A DNA stretch of 64,000 nucleotides from an uncultured delta proteobacterium (GTDB lineage: Bacteria; Myxococcota_A; Polyangia; Fen-1088), in contig CAVTRY010000011.1 in NCBI GenBank assembly GCA_963737265.1, positions 1,216,001-1,280,000 of the forward strand. Reading direction: 5' to 3'. Shown here in pieces: positions 10,273 through 18,591 of the stretch (position 1 is its first letter; each line of letters starts with the position of its first letter). Below the pieces are notes generated by a model that worked only from the letters and a program-made list of their open reading frames with translations, searched no databases and had not been told where the DNA came from. The translations under genes and the position numbers were made by a program.

Positions 10273-12177
10273 CTACGTGGTCAGAGCCTGCACGCTTTCC
10301 ACGGCGGACTTGTCGAGCAGCACCGACTTCTGTTTCCTCTTGCTGCTGCCGAGGAAGTAGACGGCGCCGTAGAGTCCCCAGATAAAGCACACTCCGAGTG
10401 CGATGTAGGGTTCCTTGACGCTCATACCGGACACCATGAATGGACCGATAAGATAGAAGAGCATGCAGAGCAGATTGGCCACCAGACCAAACACCGGCAC
10501 CAACACATGTTTGATCGTGTTGAACGAGTGGTGCTCCTTGAAGGCCACAATCGCAATGACGTTGGTAATCATGTAGAGCAAGAAGGTGCCGAAGTTGCTA
10601 ACTAGAGTGACGATGACCAGCGTGTTGGGCATCTTGGCATAGGTCGCCGGGTCGAAGAGGCCAAAGGCGTACCAGACGTTATGGATGTTGGCTTCAAGGG
10701 GCGCCGGGGTGGTGCCGCCAAGGTAGATCGACACGGTCGCAATGCCGATCACGGCCGAGATGACCACGAGGGTCCAGATCGACCGGTGCGGGGTCAGGGT
10801 CTTGCCGTGAAGCATGCCGAAGTGGGACGGCACTTCGTCGTCCTTGCCCATGGCATAGGTCACGCGAGCGCCGGTCGATAGACAGGACAGCGTCGTGCCG
10901 ATCAAAGCCAGGAACACGGTCGACGCCTGCACCAACATGAAGGCTTTACCGGCGGCTGGACTGCCGAACAGCCAGGTCCCCACGATGACCATCATGTCGC
11001 CGAGGGGTGCGCCCGAGGCCCCGGCGTTGGCCAGGGTGTAGCCTTGATTCAGGAAGTAGTTTGCCGCGAAATACTCGATGAGGTAGCAGACCACACCTTG
11101 AATGGCGAGTGACAGAAGCACGGCGCGGGGAATGTCCTTCTTGGCATTCTTCGCCTCTTCACCCATCGACGTGACCGACTCGAACCCAACCAGGATCAAG
11201 ATTGCGATGCACGCCTGAATAAAGATGAGCGAGAAGCCGTGGGGAGCTACGACGGATGACCCGGTGGGGTGGAACTTGAAGTGTGGGGTCAGCGGCGTCG
11301 GGTGGTCCGCATCGACCGGCTCCATCGTCGTTCCCTGATCGGCGGCATAGCTCAGGATGAACGGAACCGGCCGTCCTTCCTTCATCTCCGGAACGGGATT
11401 GCCGTCCGCATCGACCTTGTTCTGCAGGACCGGCTGTCCGTGGTCCATCTTCGGCGCGCCGTTTTCCACGACGGGCTCTTGCGCAACCTGGAAATTGACC
11501 GCCGTGCCATTGGCCAATTGAAAGCCTTGTGAGCCATCCGGATGGCTCAAGCGGTAAGAAATGGCCATACCCGAGAACACGAGGAGAGCCGCGATCTGAA
11601 TCACGTTGATGGCCACGTTGACGCCCGTGGTACCGGTAACGCCGCGGAAGGCGATGAAACCCACACCCGCTGCGAAGGCAACGCAGAACAGAATCATGAA
11701 CAGTGGGCTGTTGTAGACGCCGCTGAAGGTGTTGGGGAAGAACTGATTGAGCAAATACCCGCTCAGAATGGCCGTGACGCCGACCATGCACCCGGGATAG
11801 ACCCAGTAGTAGAGGTGGCTTGCCCAACCCGTAACGAACTTCGCCACGCGGGCGAATTTGAATGCCTTGGTGGTTTTGAGAAAGGCCTGCTCGGCGAAGA
11901 AGTACGAAGAGCCGGCCCCCGGATACAGCTTCGATAGCTCGGCGTAACTAATCGCGGTAGAAAAGCACAGAAGCAAGGCCGCGATAATTCCGAACCACAT
12001 CGCCTGGCCGGCCATTGGAGCGCCGTACAGCGACTGCATCTGGAAGGTGAGCCACAGAAATGCGCCGGGCGCAATCAGGGCCATTGCATTGATGGTGAGC
12101 CCCGTCAATCCCAGCGTCGCTCGCGACGAGGTGCTCGAGGCATTGGCGGGAACGGCGGTGCGCGATCCATCTGCCAT
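10273..12177 (-). CDS. APC family permease with a large extracytoplasmic loop
   Basis: YAELSKLYPGAGSSY, GFESVTSMGEEAKNAKKDIPRA, ARVTYAMGKD; many TM segments; RBS AAGGAAAGGA. Confidence 0.9.
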   Translation of the reverse strand: MADGSRTAVPANASSTSSRATLGLTGLTINAMALIAPGAFLWLTFQMQSLYGAPMAGQAMWFGIIAALLLCFSTAISYAELSKLYPGAGSSYFFAEQAFLKTTKAFKFARVAKFVTGWASHLYYWVYPGCMVGVTAILSGYLLNQFFPNTFSGVYNSPLFMILFCVAFAAGVGFIAFRGVTGTTGVNVAINVIQIAALLVFSGMAISYRLSHPDGSQGFQLANGTAVNFQVAQEPVVENGAPKMDHGQPVLQNKVDADGNPVPEMKEGRPVPFILSYAADQGTTMEPVDADHPTPLTPHFKFHPTGSSVVAPHGFSLIFIQACIAILILVGFESVTSMGEEAKNAKKDIPRAVLLSLAIQGVVCYLIEYFAANYFLNQGYTLANAGASGAPLGDMMVIVGTWLFGSPAAGKAFMLVQASTVFLALIGTTLSCLSTGARVTYAMGKDDEVPSHFGMLHGKTLTPHRSIWTLVVISAVIGIATVSIYLGGTTPAPLEANIHNVWYAFGLFDPATYAKMPNTLVIVTLVSNFGTFLLYMITNVIAIVAFKEHHSFNTIKHVLVPVFGLVANLLCMLFYLIGPFMVSGMSVKEPYIALGVCFIWGLYGAVYFLGSSKRKQKSVLLDKSAVESVQALTT

Positions 12178-12410
12178 TGTTCTGTTCCTTTCCTTGTGGG
12201 TTAATAACCAACGGTTGCTACGCACCTAAGACTACCCACGGATGGTTAAGGGCGGGTTTCAAGCCAACTAACTTTCCGTTAAGGATCGCCATTTGTTTCC
12301 GAAATATGAACGCCAGATAGCCACGCGATTAGCCACGACGTACAACTGTCGTTTCGGGATATCCGTTGCAGTACAAAAACCGACCATCCCCACGGTCGAG
12401 ACGTGCTTTG

Positions 12411-15116
12411 CTAGCGACCGTTTCGGTGGACAGCCAACGCCGCGCGAACGGCGGCAAGGACGGCTTCTTCTTGTTCGCTGCCGAGGGCCGATTCCAATGC
12501 TTGCAACGAGTGCGCTCCGCCAAGGCGCCCAAGGGCGCTCGCCGCCGCCACGCGCACCGGAACGTACTCGTCACTCTTGAGGCACGCCGCCAGAGCGGAT
12601 ACGCTGGTGGGATCGGCGATAGCCGACAGCGCCTCCACGGTCTCGCGCCGGGTCTGCACAAAGGCGAGATGCTCGACCAAGGGACGAACCGCGCGGCCGT
12701 CTTTCAAGTCGCCCAAGACGGCAACGATACGCTTGCACAACGAGACATCGCCAGCGCAGGAATCCAAAGCCTCGGCTAGGATCGGGACGCCGGTCTTGTC
12801 GGCTTGCTCCGCCAAACCGAGCGCGGCCTGGACGTGCAAAGCATAGCTTGCCTCGGTCGCGTGCTTGGCCAGGATCGCGCGAACGCGCCCCTGTACGTCG
12901 GTTGCGCCTAGGCGCGCGGCCGCCACGGCTGCCCAGTCGCGGACTTCATCGTCCTTGGCGCTGGTTACCGCGGCCAGCAGCGCGCCGAGCGTCTCGGGCC
13001 GCGGCGGCAAGGCCGTGACCAGCAGGCTCGCGGCCTCGCGTCGCACGGCTGCCGGCGCGGTTCCAACCAGCAACGGCGCGAGCAGGGCAGCCACATGCGC
13101 ATCGCCCAGCCGAGCACGTTCGATCAGTCGGGCAAAATCGCCCGCGCCGCCCGCCGCTCCCACCAACTTCGTCTCATAGCGCGCCTGCTGCCCCAGCCAT
13201 TCGTCGAGAAGGTGCCGCAGAACCGCAACCCTGTCCGGCCGCTGGTCGGCCATGTCGTGCTGTTCGCGCGGATCCGAGCCGACATCGAAATACGAACAGT
13301 AGTCTTTGCCCACGTCGCAAATCAGCCGTTCCGATGCGAGCGCGACCATGCGCTTGTCTTCCACCTCGGCGAACGCGGGCGGCAGACGGTCGGACGGCGC
13401 CGGCGGATTCACCAACCACGGACCGAGATCCGTGCCCCGCATGCGCGCGGGCAGCGGGATGTCGAGCAGCCCGAGAACGGTCGCCGAGATGTCGATAAGC
13501 TGCGTCGTGCCGGCGACAAGGTGCGGGGCAAGACCCGGGACCACGACGATGAGCGGGACGCGGACCTGCTCCTCGAACAGGGTCGTTCCGTGATAGCGCC
13601 CGCCATGTTCGCCAAATTCTTCACCATGGTCGGCGGCCAGAATGATGATCGCGCCCGGCCGCTTCCGCTCGATGATTTTCACCACGTTGCCAACGACCGA
13701 ATCGGCGTAAGCAATTTCGCTGTCGTAGCGATCGACGTCGCGCGAGCCGAAGTCGAAGCCCGGATGACGCTCGTACGGCTCATGCGGTTCGAACAGGTGC
13801 AGCCACAAAAACAGCTTGCGTGGATTTTCCGCGCGCAAGAAGTCTTCGATTTGGCCGACGCGGCCTTCAGCGGCGAGGAATTCGTATTTCACGTATTCAA
13901 AGTCGAAGTTATTCGCCTCGAAGGCCTTCATCTTGTGGGCGTCGATGTAGAACACCGCAGGCGGAAAGAACGCCGCCGTCTTCCAACCATAGCGGCGCAA
14001 AAGCTTGGCCAGGGTCTCGTGCGTGTCGGAAGGCGCCAGTCGAGCCAGCGTCGGGTAGTACTTTCCGATCATGAGCGATGCGAGCGAGAACGACGTGTGC
14101 GGCGCTTGGGTATACGCGTGCTCGAAGCGCACGCCACGGGCGGCGAGAGCGTCAATGTTGGGCGTGGTCGGACGGGGGTACCCGTAGCAGCCCAAATGAT
14201 CGGCGCGCACGGCATCGATGGTGATGAGCACGATATCGGCGTCGGGCCGGCGCGGCCCCTCAGGCAGGAGTGGCAACGTCGCGGTGGCTGGGGACGCCGC
14301 GGAAAGCACCACGGGCGTCTTCCGCGGCGGAAGACTGCACAGAAGGATGCTGGCGAGCTGGGTCTTTTCGTAGACGAAGAAGCGCAGGCCCTGGCTGGTG
14401 GCAAGAGAGGGGAGCGCAAGCGCAAGTCCAAGCGCGAGCGCGCTCGCCAAGACCACATCGATGAGCCACCAGCGGGTCCAGCGTCGGAGCCCAAGCCAGA
14501 CGCGCAGGGCGAGCACCCACAGCACAAGCTGCATCGCCGCGAGCGAGAGGTGAAACCAAGAATAGAGCCGTGGCAGCACGACACGATTGGTTCGGTCGAT
14601 CGCCAGCGCCACAAGTGCGAGCACGATCCCCGCAATGAGCGCACGCTTCACGCTGCCTTCGCCGCTGGACTTACCATCGGTGCGCTCGGCACGGGAGAGA
14701 ATCCTGTCCCACAGCGATACCGCAAGCAGCACACACCCCGCACCCAAAACCAAGAGCACCGCCGACAGCAGATTGTGCGCTGGAATGCGCGACGCCTGAA
14801 CACCGCGAAACACGGCCCAGGCGTCGTAGACGAGCAGCGGCGAGGCAAGCAGCAGCGCTGTCGCCTGCGCAGAAGAGACCCGCCGCGTTCTTGCCCGCGG
14901 CCGCTCCAGCCCGAGCATCGCCACGACGAAAACCAGTGCCAGAGCGCCGCCGGCCAACGCTGCCAGTCCGCTGTCGATGGCGACGAGGTGAATTCGGTTG
15001 GTCGCGCCGAGGATTCCGGCTGAAGCCGCCAACGTCGCGATGGCGTCCGCGGCGCCGGCAAGCGCGCCGCCGAAAAAGCCAGCGACAATCGCCCGTCTTG
15101 CAGCGACCTGGTTCAT
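12411..15116 (-). CDS. Membrane-anchored sulfatase-like (alkaline phosphatase superfamily) protein with C-terminal HEAT repeats
   Basis: N-terminal TMs; LITIDAVRADH, QAPHTSFS (Thr at the nucleophile position), EPHEPY, ADHGEEFGEHG; HEAT-like VRVAAASALGRLGG. Confidence 0.85.
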   Translation of the reverse strand: MNQVAARRAIVAGFFGGALAGAADAIATLAASAGILGATNRIHLVAIDSGLAALAGGALALVFVVAMLGLERPRARTRRVSSAQATALLLASPLLVYDAWAVFRGVQASRIPAHNLLSAVLLVLGAGCVLLAVSLWDRILSRAERTDGKSSGEGSVKRALIAGIVLALVALAIDRTNRVVLPRLYSWFHLSLAAMQLVLWVLALRVWLGLRRWTRWWLIDVVLASALALGLALALPSLATSQGLRFFVYEKTQLASILLCSLPPRKTPVVLSAASPATATLPLLPEGPRRPDADIVLITIDAVRADHLGCYGYPRPTTPNIDALAARGVRFEHAYTQAPHTSFSLASLMIGKYYPTLARLAPSDTHETLAKLLRRYGWKTAAFFPPAVFYIDAHKMKAFEANNFDFEYVKYEFLAAEGRVGQIEDFLRAENPRKLFLWLHLFEPHEPYERHPGFDFGSRDVDRYDSEIAYADSVVGNVVKIIERKRPGAIIILAADHGEEFGEHGGRYHGTTLFEEQVRVPLIVVVPGLAPHLVAGTTQLIDISATVLGLLDIPLPARMRGTDLGPWLVNPPAPSDRLPPAFAEVEDKRMVALASERLICDVGKDYCSYFDVGSDPREQHDMADQRPDRVAVLRHLLDEWLGQQARYETKLVGAAGGAGDFARLIERARLGDAHVAALLAPLLVGTAPAAVRREAASLLVTALPPRPETLGALLAAVTSAKDDEVRDWAAVAAARLGATDVQGRVRAILAKHATEASYALHVQAALGLAEQADKTGVPILAEALDSCAGDVSLCKRIVAVLGDLKDGRAVRPLVEHLAFVQTRRETVEALSAIADPTSVSALAACLKSDEYVPVRVAAASALGRLGGAHSLQALESALGSEQEEAVLAAVRAALAVHRNGR

Positions 15117-15517
15117 CCCGCCTCCTCGCCGATAGGACGAGCCTGCGCCCAGCGCCGCTCGACCGCGCGCGGAAGCTCGGCGTACTCTGGCCGAGCCAGC
15201 CTCGGGGACAGCATCGGATCCATGGCGACGATCGCTTCGGCCTCCTTGTGCGCAAGCTCGACCAGTTGCATCGAGGGTGACGATATCGAGATCGGCATAG
15301 AGAGTTAGGGCCTAGGTGCGCGGAATGGGCGTTGCGGGAAGCACGAGCAGGTGCGGCACAATGCCGTTTTTCTCGCGGGTTTGCCAGCCGTTTTCGTCGC
15401 TTTCACGACGGCGCAAACACACGCCAGCCCATGCGCGGTCAGCCGCGCTGCTGTGACCGAACCGGCCCCCGCCAACTTGACGACAGGGTCGTCAAGCCCG
15501 ACTGGCAGCCGCGCCAG
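15113..15517 (-). pseudogene. recG: recG remnant: three fragments, internal deletions, in-frame stop
   Basis: LDDPVVKLAGAGSVTAARLTAHGL (N-terminus-like); PHLLVLPATPIPRT*ALTLYADLDIVTLD (RecG motif III region with TAG); LVELAHKEAEAIVAMDPML...AVERRW...GEEAG* (C-terminus-like). Confidence 0.8.
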
Positions 15518-15533
15518 GGCCGTCGGCCTTCGC

Positions 15534-16166
15534 CTATTGGAAGGTGAACTTAAGCTGATACTCGCAGATCGAATAGACGTCACCCTCTTCGATCTTTCGG
15601 GCTTCGATGCGTTCGCCGTTGTAGTCGATACCGTTGGTCGAGCCCAAATCCTTGATGTAGTAAGCGCCGGCGCGGCGGACCACGGCGGCATGCTTGCGCG
15701 AGATGTTCCCGTCGCGAATGGCAAGGTCCGACGTCTTGGCGCCGCGGCCAATGATGAACTGATCCTTGTCCACGATGTACTTCTGGTTGCCGAAGATGAG
15801 ATAGAGCGGCGGCACGGCTGCCAACCCGCTGCCTGTTCCCGCCGGGGGCACCGCCACGGCCGGACCCGGCGGCAGCGGCGGCCGGCCCGCGTAGTGCGCG
15901 GTCATGCGCGCCGACGGCAACGGCGGCGGCACCGGCGGCGGCATCGATGTCCTCGGCTGCTCTGGGCCAGTAAAAAGCTTGGACGGCTGGGCGTCGGTGT
16001 CCGGACCCACCAAGTAGCCGCTTTGCTCGACAAAATGCTTCATCGCCTCGTTGACCAGTTCGTCGACGCCGCGATCCATGGCTTCGGACATTTGCTCGAA
16101 TACCTGCCAAAGGGCGTCGCGGCAGTAGAAGTGGCGAAGCGTTTTTCGATTCGGGTCCGTGGGCAT
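15534..16166 (-). CDS. FHA-domain protein with N-terminal ribbon-helix-helix-like segment and Pro-rich linker
   Basis: FIIGRG...ISRKHA...IKDLGSTNG FHA motifs. Confidence 0.88.
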   Translation of the reverse strand: MPTDPNRKTLRHFYCRDALWQVFEQMSEAMDRGVDELVNEAMKHFVEQSGYLVGPDTDAQPSKLFTGPEQPRTSMPPPVPPPLPSARMTAHYAGRPPLPPGPAVAVPPAGTGSGLAAVPPLYLIFGNQKYIVDKDQFIIGRGAKTSDLAIRDGNISRKHAAVVRRAGAYYIKDLGSTNGIDYNGERIEARKIEEGDVYSICEYQLKFTFQ

Positions 16167-16222
16167 GATACCTCACACTATAGAAAACCTATCCATCTAG
16201 CCAACTAGCAAGCCAACTTCCT

Positions 16223-16395
16223 AATCCCGCGACAGCCGCAGAAGGCCGTGGCCGGAGTGACCTTCGTCGGCCACGGCCACGACGACGACGACGTTTACGA
16301 CCACCATTCATCGCTCCAACTGGGTGGCGCGTCCATTCTGGAAAGGCGTCTTTTTCTGCCGCCTCCCGCGATGTCGCTGCGCTTGTCGCGGGATT
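16223..16395. mobile_element. MITE-like element, family A, copy 1
   Basis: Perfect 12-bp TIR AATCCCGCGACA (16223-16234 / 16384-16395). A reverse-complement copy lies at 57065-57255. Confidence 0.75.
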
Positions 16396-16429
16396 GCGGC
16401 CACCTGGCCATTCCACCATAAACCCCACC

Positions 16430-17731
16430 CTAGCCACCCTGGCCCTGCAATAGCGCCGCGACCCGCTTGGCCTCCGAGCCCACCGACACCCCGGCTGGGA
16501 ATCCCTTGATCTTGGCCGTGTCGCCCGCAAGTTTCAGGAGTGCGCCGACATCCGCCGCCGTCCCCAAACGCACCTTTGGCGTCGCCGGCAAGGGCGCCTC
16601 AAGAGCCAAAATCGCAGTCATGCGGGCCAGCGGCGAGGGCGACGCCAAGGCGGCCAAAACCTGCGGTTTGGCCGGGGGACCCACCTTTGAGATGTCCTTG
16701 ACGAGGAAATCGATCACGTCTTCCTTCTTGAAAGAAAGCTTGCCAGAAAACGCCTGCAGCGCTGGAACAATTGCCGCGCTCTTACCTATCTCGATGGCCG
16801 CCTCGTGCGCGCGGTAGCGCACGAGCTCGTTCCTGTCTTCTGCGATGATTCGAATCAACCCGTTCTGAGCTTCCGGCCCGCCGACCTTCTCGACGACGCC
16901 GAAAGCCTCTCCGCGCAATTCGCGGTTCGCCTTGGCGTCAGCGGCGATCTTGAGCGCCAACGGCAGCACGCTTGGAAAGCGCGATTGCTGGAGCGCCTTG
17001 GCTGCCGCAATCGCTTCCACGGCGGAGCCCTTCTGCATCTTGCCGGCCAGATAGTCGGTGACCGTGGGTCCGCCAAGCAGGCCCAAGGCCAGCCACATGT
17101 CGTCCGGTACCGCGCCGCCTGACGAAAGTCGCTTGAGCAACGCGACGCCACCTTGGTCGCGTGTCGGCTCGTCGCACACTTTGACCAGCAGCTCTGCCAA
17201 GCCTCGATAGGGTGCCTTGGGATCGCCCAGCAGCTTGACCAGCATCGGTCCCGAGGCGGGCCCGATGGCCGACAGCATCTTGTCGAGAGAATGGCGTCCG
17301 CCGGTGAAACGGCCTTCGGCGAGATCCTTCTCGATAGAGGCAAGCAAAGCCGCATCGATGCGTTTCTGCTCGTCTGGGGGAGCGTGCTGGCGCACGCTGA
17401 AAAGTCCGTCGCGCGCCTCGCGCGCCTTCGGCACCTGCGGGCTCGCCATGCCCGTGATGTGGATCTCGACTAGGCTTTTCAGGATCTCCCAGCGCTCGCC
17501 TGCCTCGCTGGCGGCTAGGATTTCGTCGACCTTTTCCGGCCGTCCGATATCGACCAGGGCGGCAGCGGCCTCGGCGCGAAGCTTCGCCGGCACGTTCGAG
17601 CTGCGCAGGGCTTCCTCGATCCTGTCCGGACCCTTTTGCGTGCCCTTCCACGTTTCGATCTTCTCGGAGTTGACGCTTTCGCACGCCACGACGCCGAGCA
17701 AGGACAGACCAATCACCGCCAGCGTTCTCAT
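16430..17731 (-). CDS. HEAT-repeat lipoprotein
   Basis: Lipobox VVAC; helical repeats LRAEAAAAL, VRYRAHEA. Confidence 0.8.
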   Translation of the reverse strand: MRTLAVIGLSLLGVVACESVNSEKIETWKGTQKGPDRIEEALRSSNVPAKLRAEAAAALVDIGRPEKVDEILAASEAGERWEILKSLVEIHITGMASPQVPKAREARDGLFSVRQHAPPDEQKRIDAALLASIEKDLAEGRFTGGRHSLDKMLSAIGPASGPMLVKLLGDPKAPYRGLAELLVKVCDEPTRDQGGVALLKRLSSGGAVPDDMWLALGLLGGPTVTDYLAGKMQKGSAVEAIAAAKALQQSRFPSVLPLALKIAADAKANRELRGEAFGVVEKVGGPEAQNGLIRIIAEDRNELVRYRAHEAAIEIGKSAAIVPALQAFSGKLSFKKEDVIDFLVKDISKVGPPAKPQVLAALASPSPLARMTAILALEAPLPATPKVRLGTAADVGALLKLAGDTAKIKGFPAGVSVGSEAKRVAALLQGQGG

Positions 17732-17743
17732 CGGGACCAGATG

Positions 17744-18539
17744 TTAGCCACCTGCGGATCGCCGGGTCAAGGTCAACACGGATCTTGCCTTGACGGGGTC
17801 GTTGGTAACGATGCCGCTTACGCCCATGCCGGCCAAGGCCCGGATGCGATCGGGTGCGTCCGACCGTCCACGCGTTCACCGCATAGCCGCGACGCCGCCA
17901 CCGCGCCACTGTCCACGGCATGCACAGGCATTCATCTGGATGCACTGCGAATGGACGCAACAACGGCACAAGCGCATCCGTCCGCAGCGGCCAAGGCCGG
18001 TGAAATGGCCGCGGGCGCTCGAATAGCAACGCGCAGGGCACGGCGGGATGCCGCCTGCGCCACAACCAAATCGCCGCGGGGCTGAACGAAGAAACGAGTA
18101 TCCTTGGGCCCGCGCCGGCGCGGTCAATCGCGTCGGCCACGCGGTCGATGAGCGCCGGGCCAGGAAACAGACCGGCGCACTTGATCTCCACGTTGACGAG
18201 AGCCTTGGGACCGCAGGCGTCGAGCGCTTCGGCCAGCGTAGCCACGCCGCCACCGCCACGCAGGGACACCTCGCGAAGCGCGGCGAAGGAAAGCGCGGCG
18301 AGGCGTTCCGGTCGCCCCGCCAGCCTCGTCAAATCGTCATCGTGAAAAACCACGACCTCGCCGGTTCGGCAACATTGGACGTCCAGCTCCACGCCGTCCG
18401 CGCCGTCGGCCATGGCACGGCGGAAGGCGGCAATCGTGTTTTCGGTCTCGTGCGCGCTCGAACCTCGGTGGGCGATGACCAGTGGCCCTTTTCCAACTTC
18501 CGGTTGCCAGGTTGTCCGCGGCGACGAATTCCAGGCCAT
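17744..18539 (-). CDS. Glycerophosphodiester phosphodiesterase with a +1 frameshift near 17861
   Basis: IAHRG, ENT, VELDV, FHD, NVEIK. After the shift the frame continues WTV-DAPDRIRALAGMGVSGIVTNDP to TAA at 17744. Confidence 0.85.
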
Positions 18540-18591
18540 GGTGCATAGGCTTTATAGCGCGCGGGGGCCGGCCCTGCGCTAAACTCCGCGC

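Noticed and set aside
7736-10390. 884-aa minus-strand ORF
   Set aside because: Antisense shadow of the kinase and amt genes in high-GC DNA; no motifs.
13095-15023. 642-aa plus-strand ORF
   Set aside because: Antisense shadow of the sulfatase-HEAT gene.
16938-17743. Long C-terminal extension of the GDPD ORF
   Set aside because: Produced by the frameshift near 17861; it overlaps the HEAT lipoprotein out of frame.
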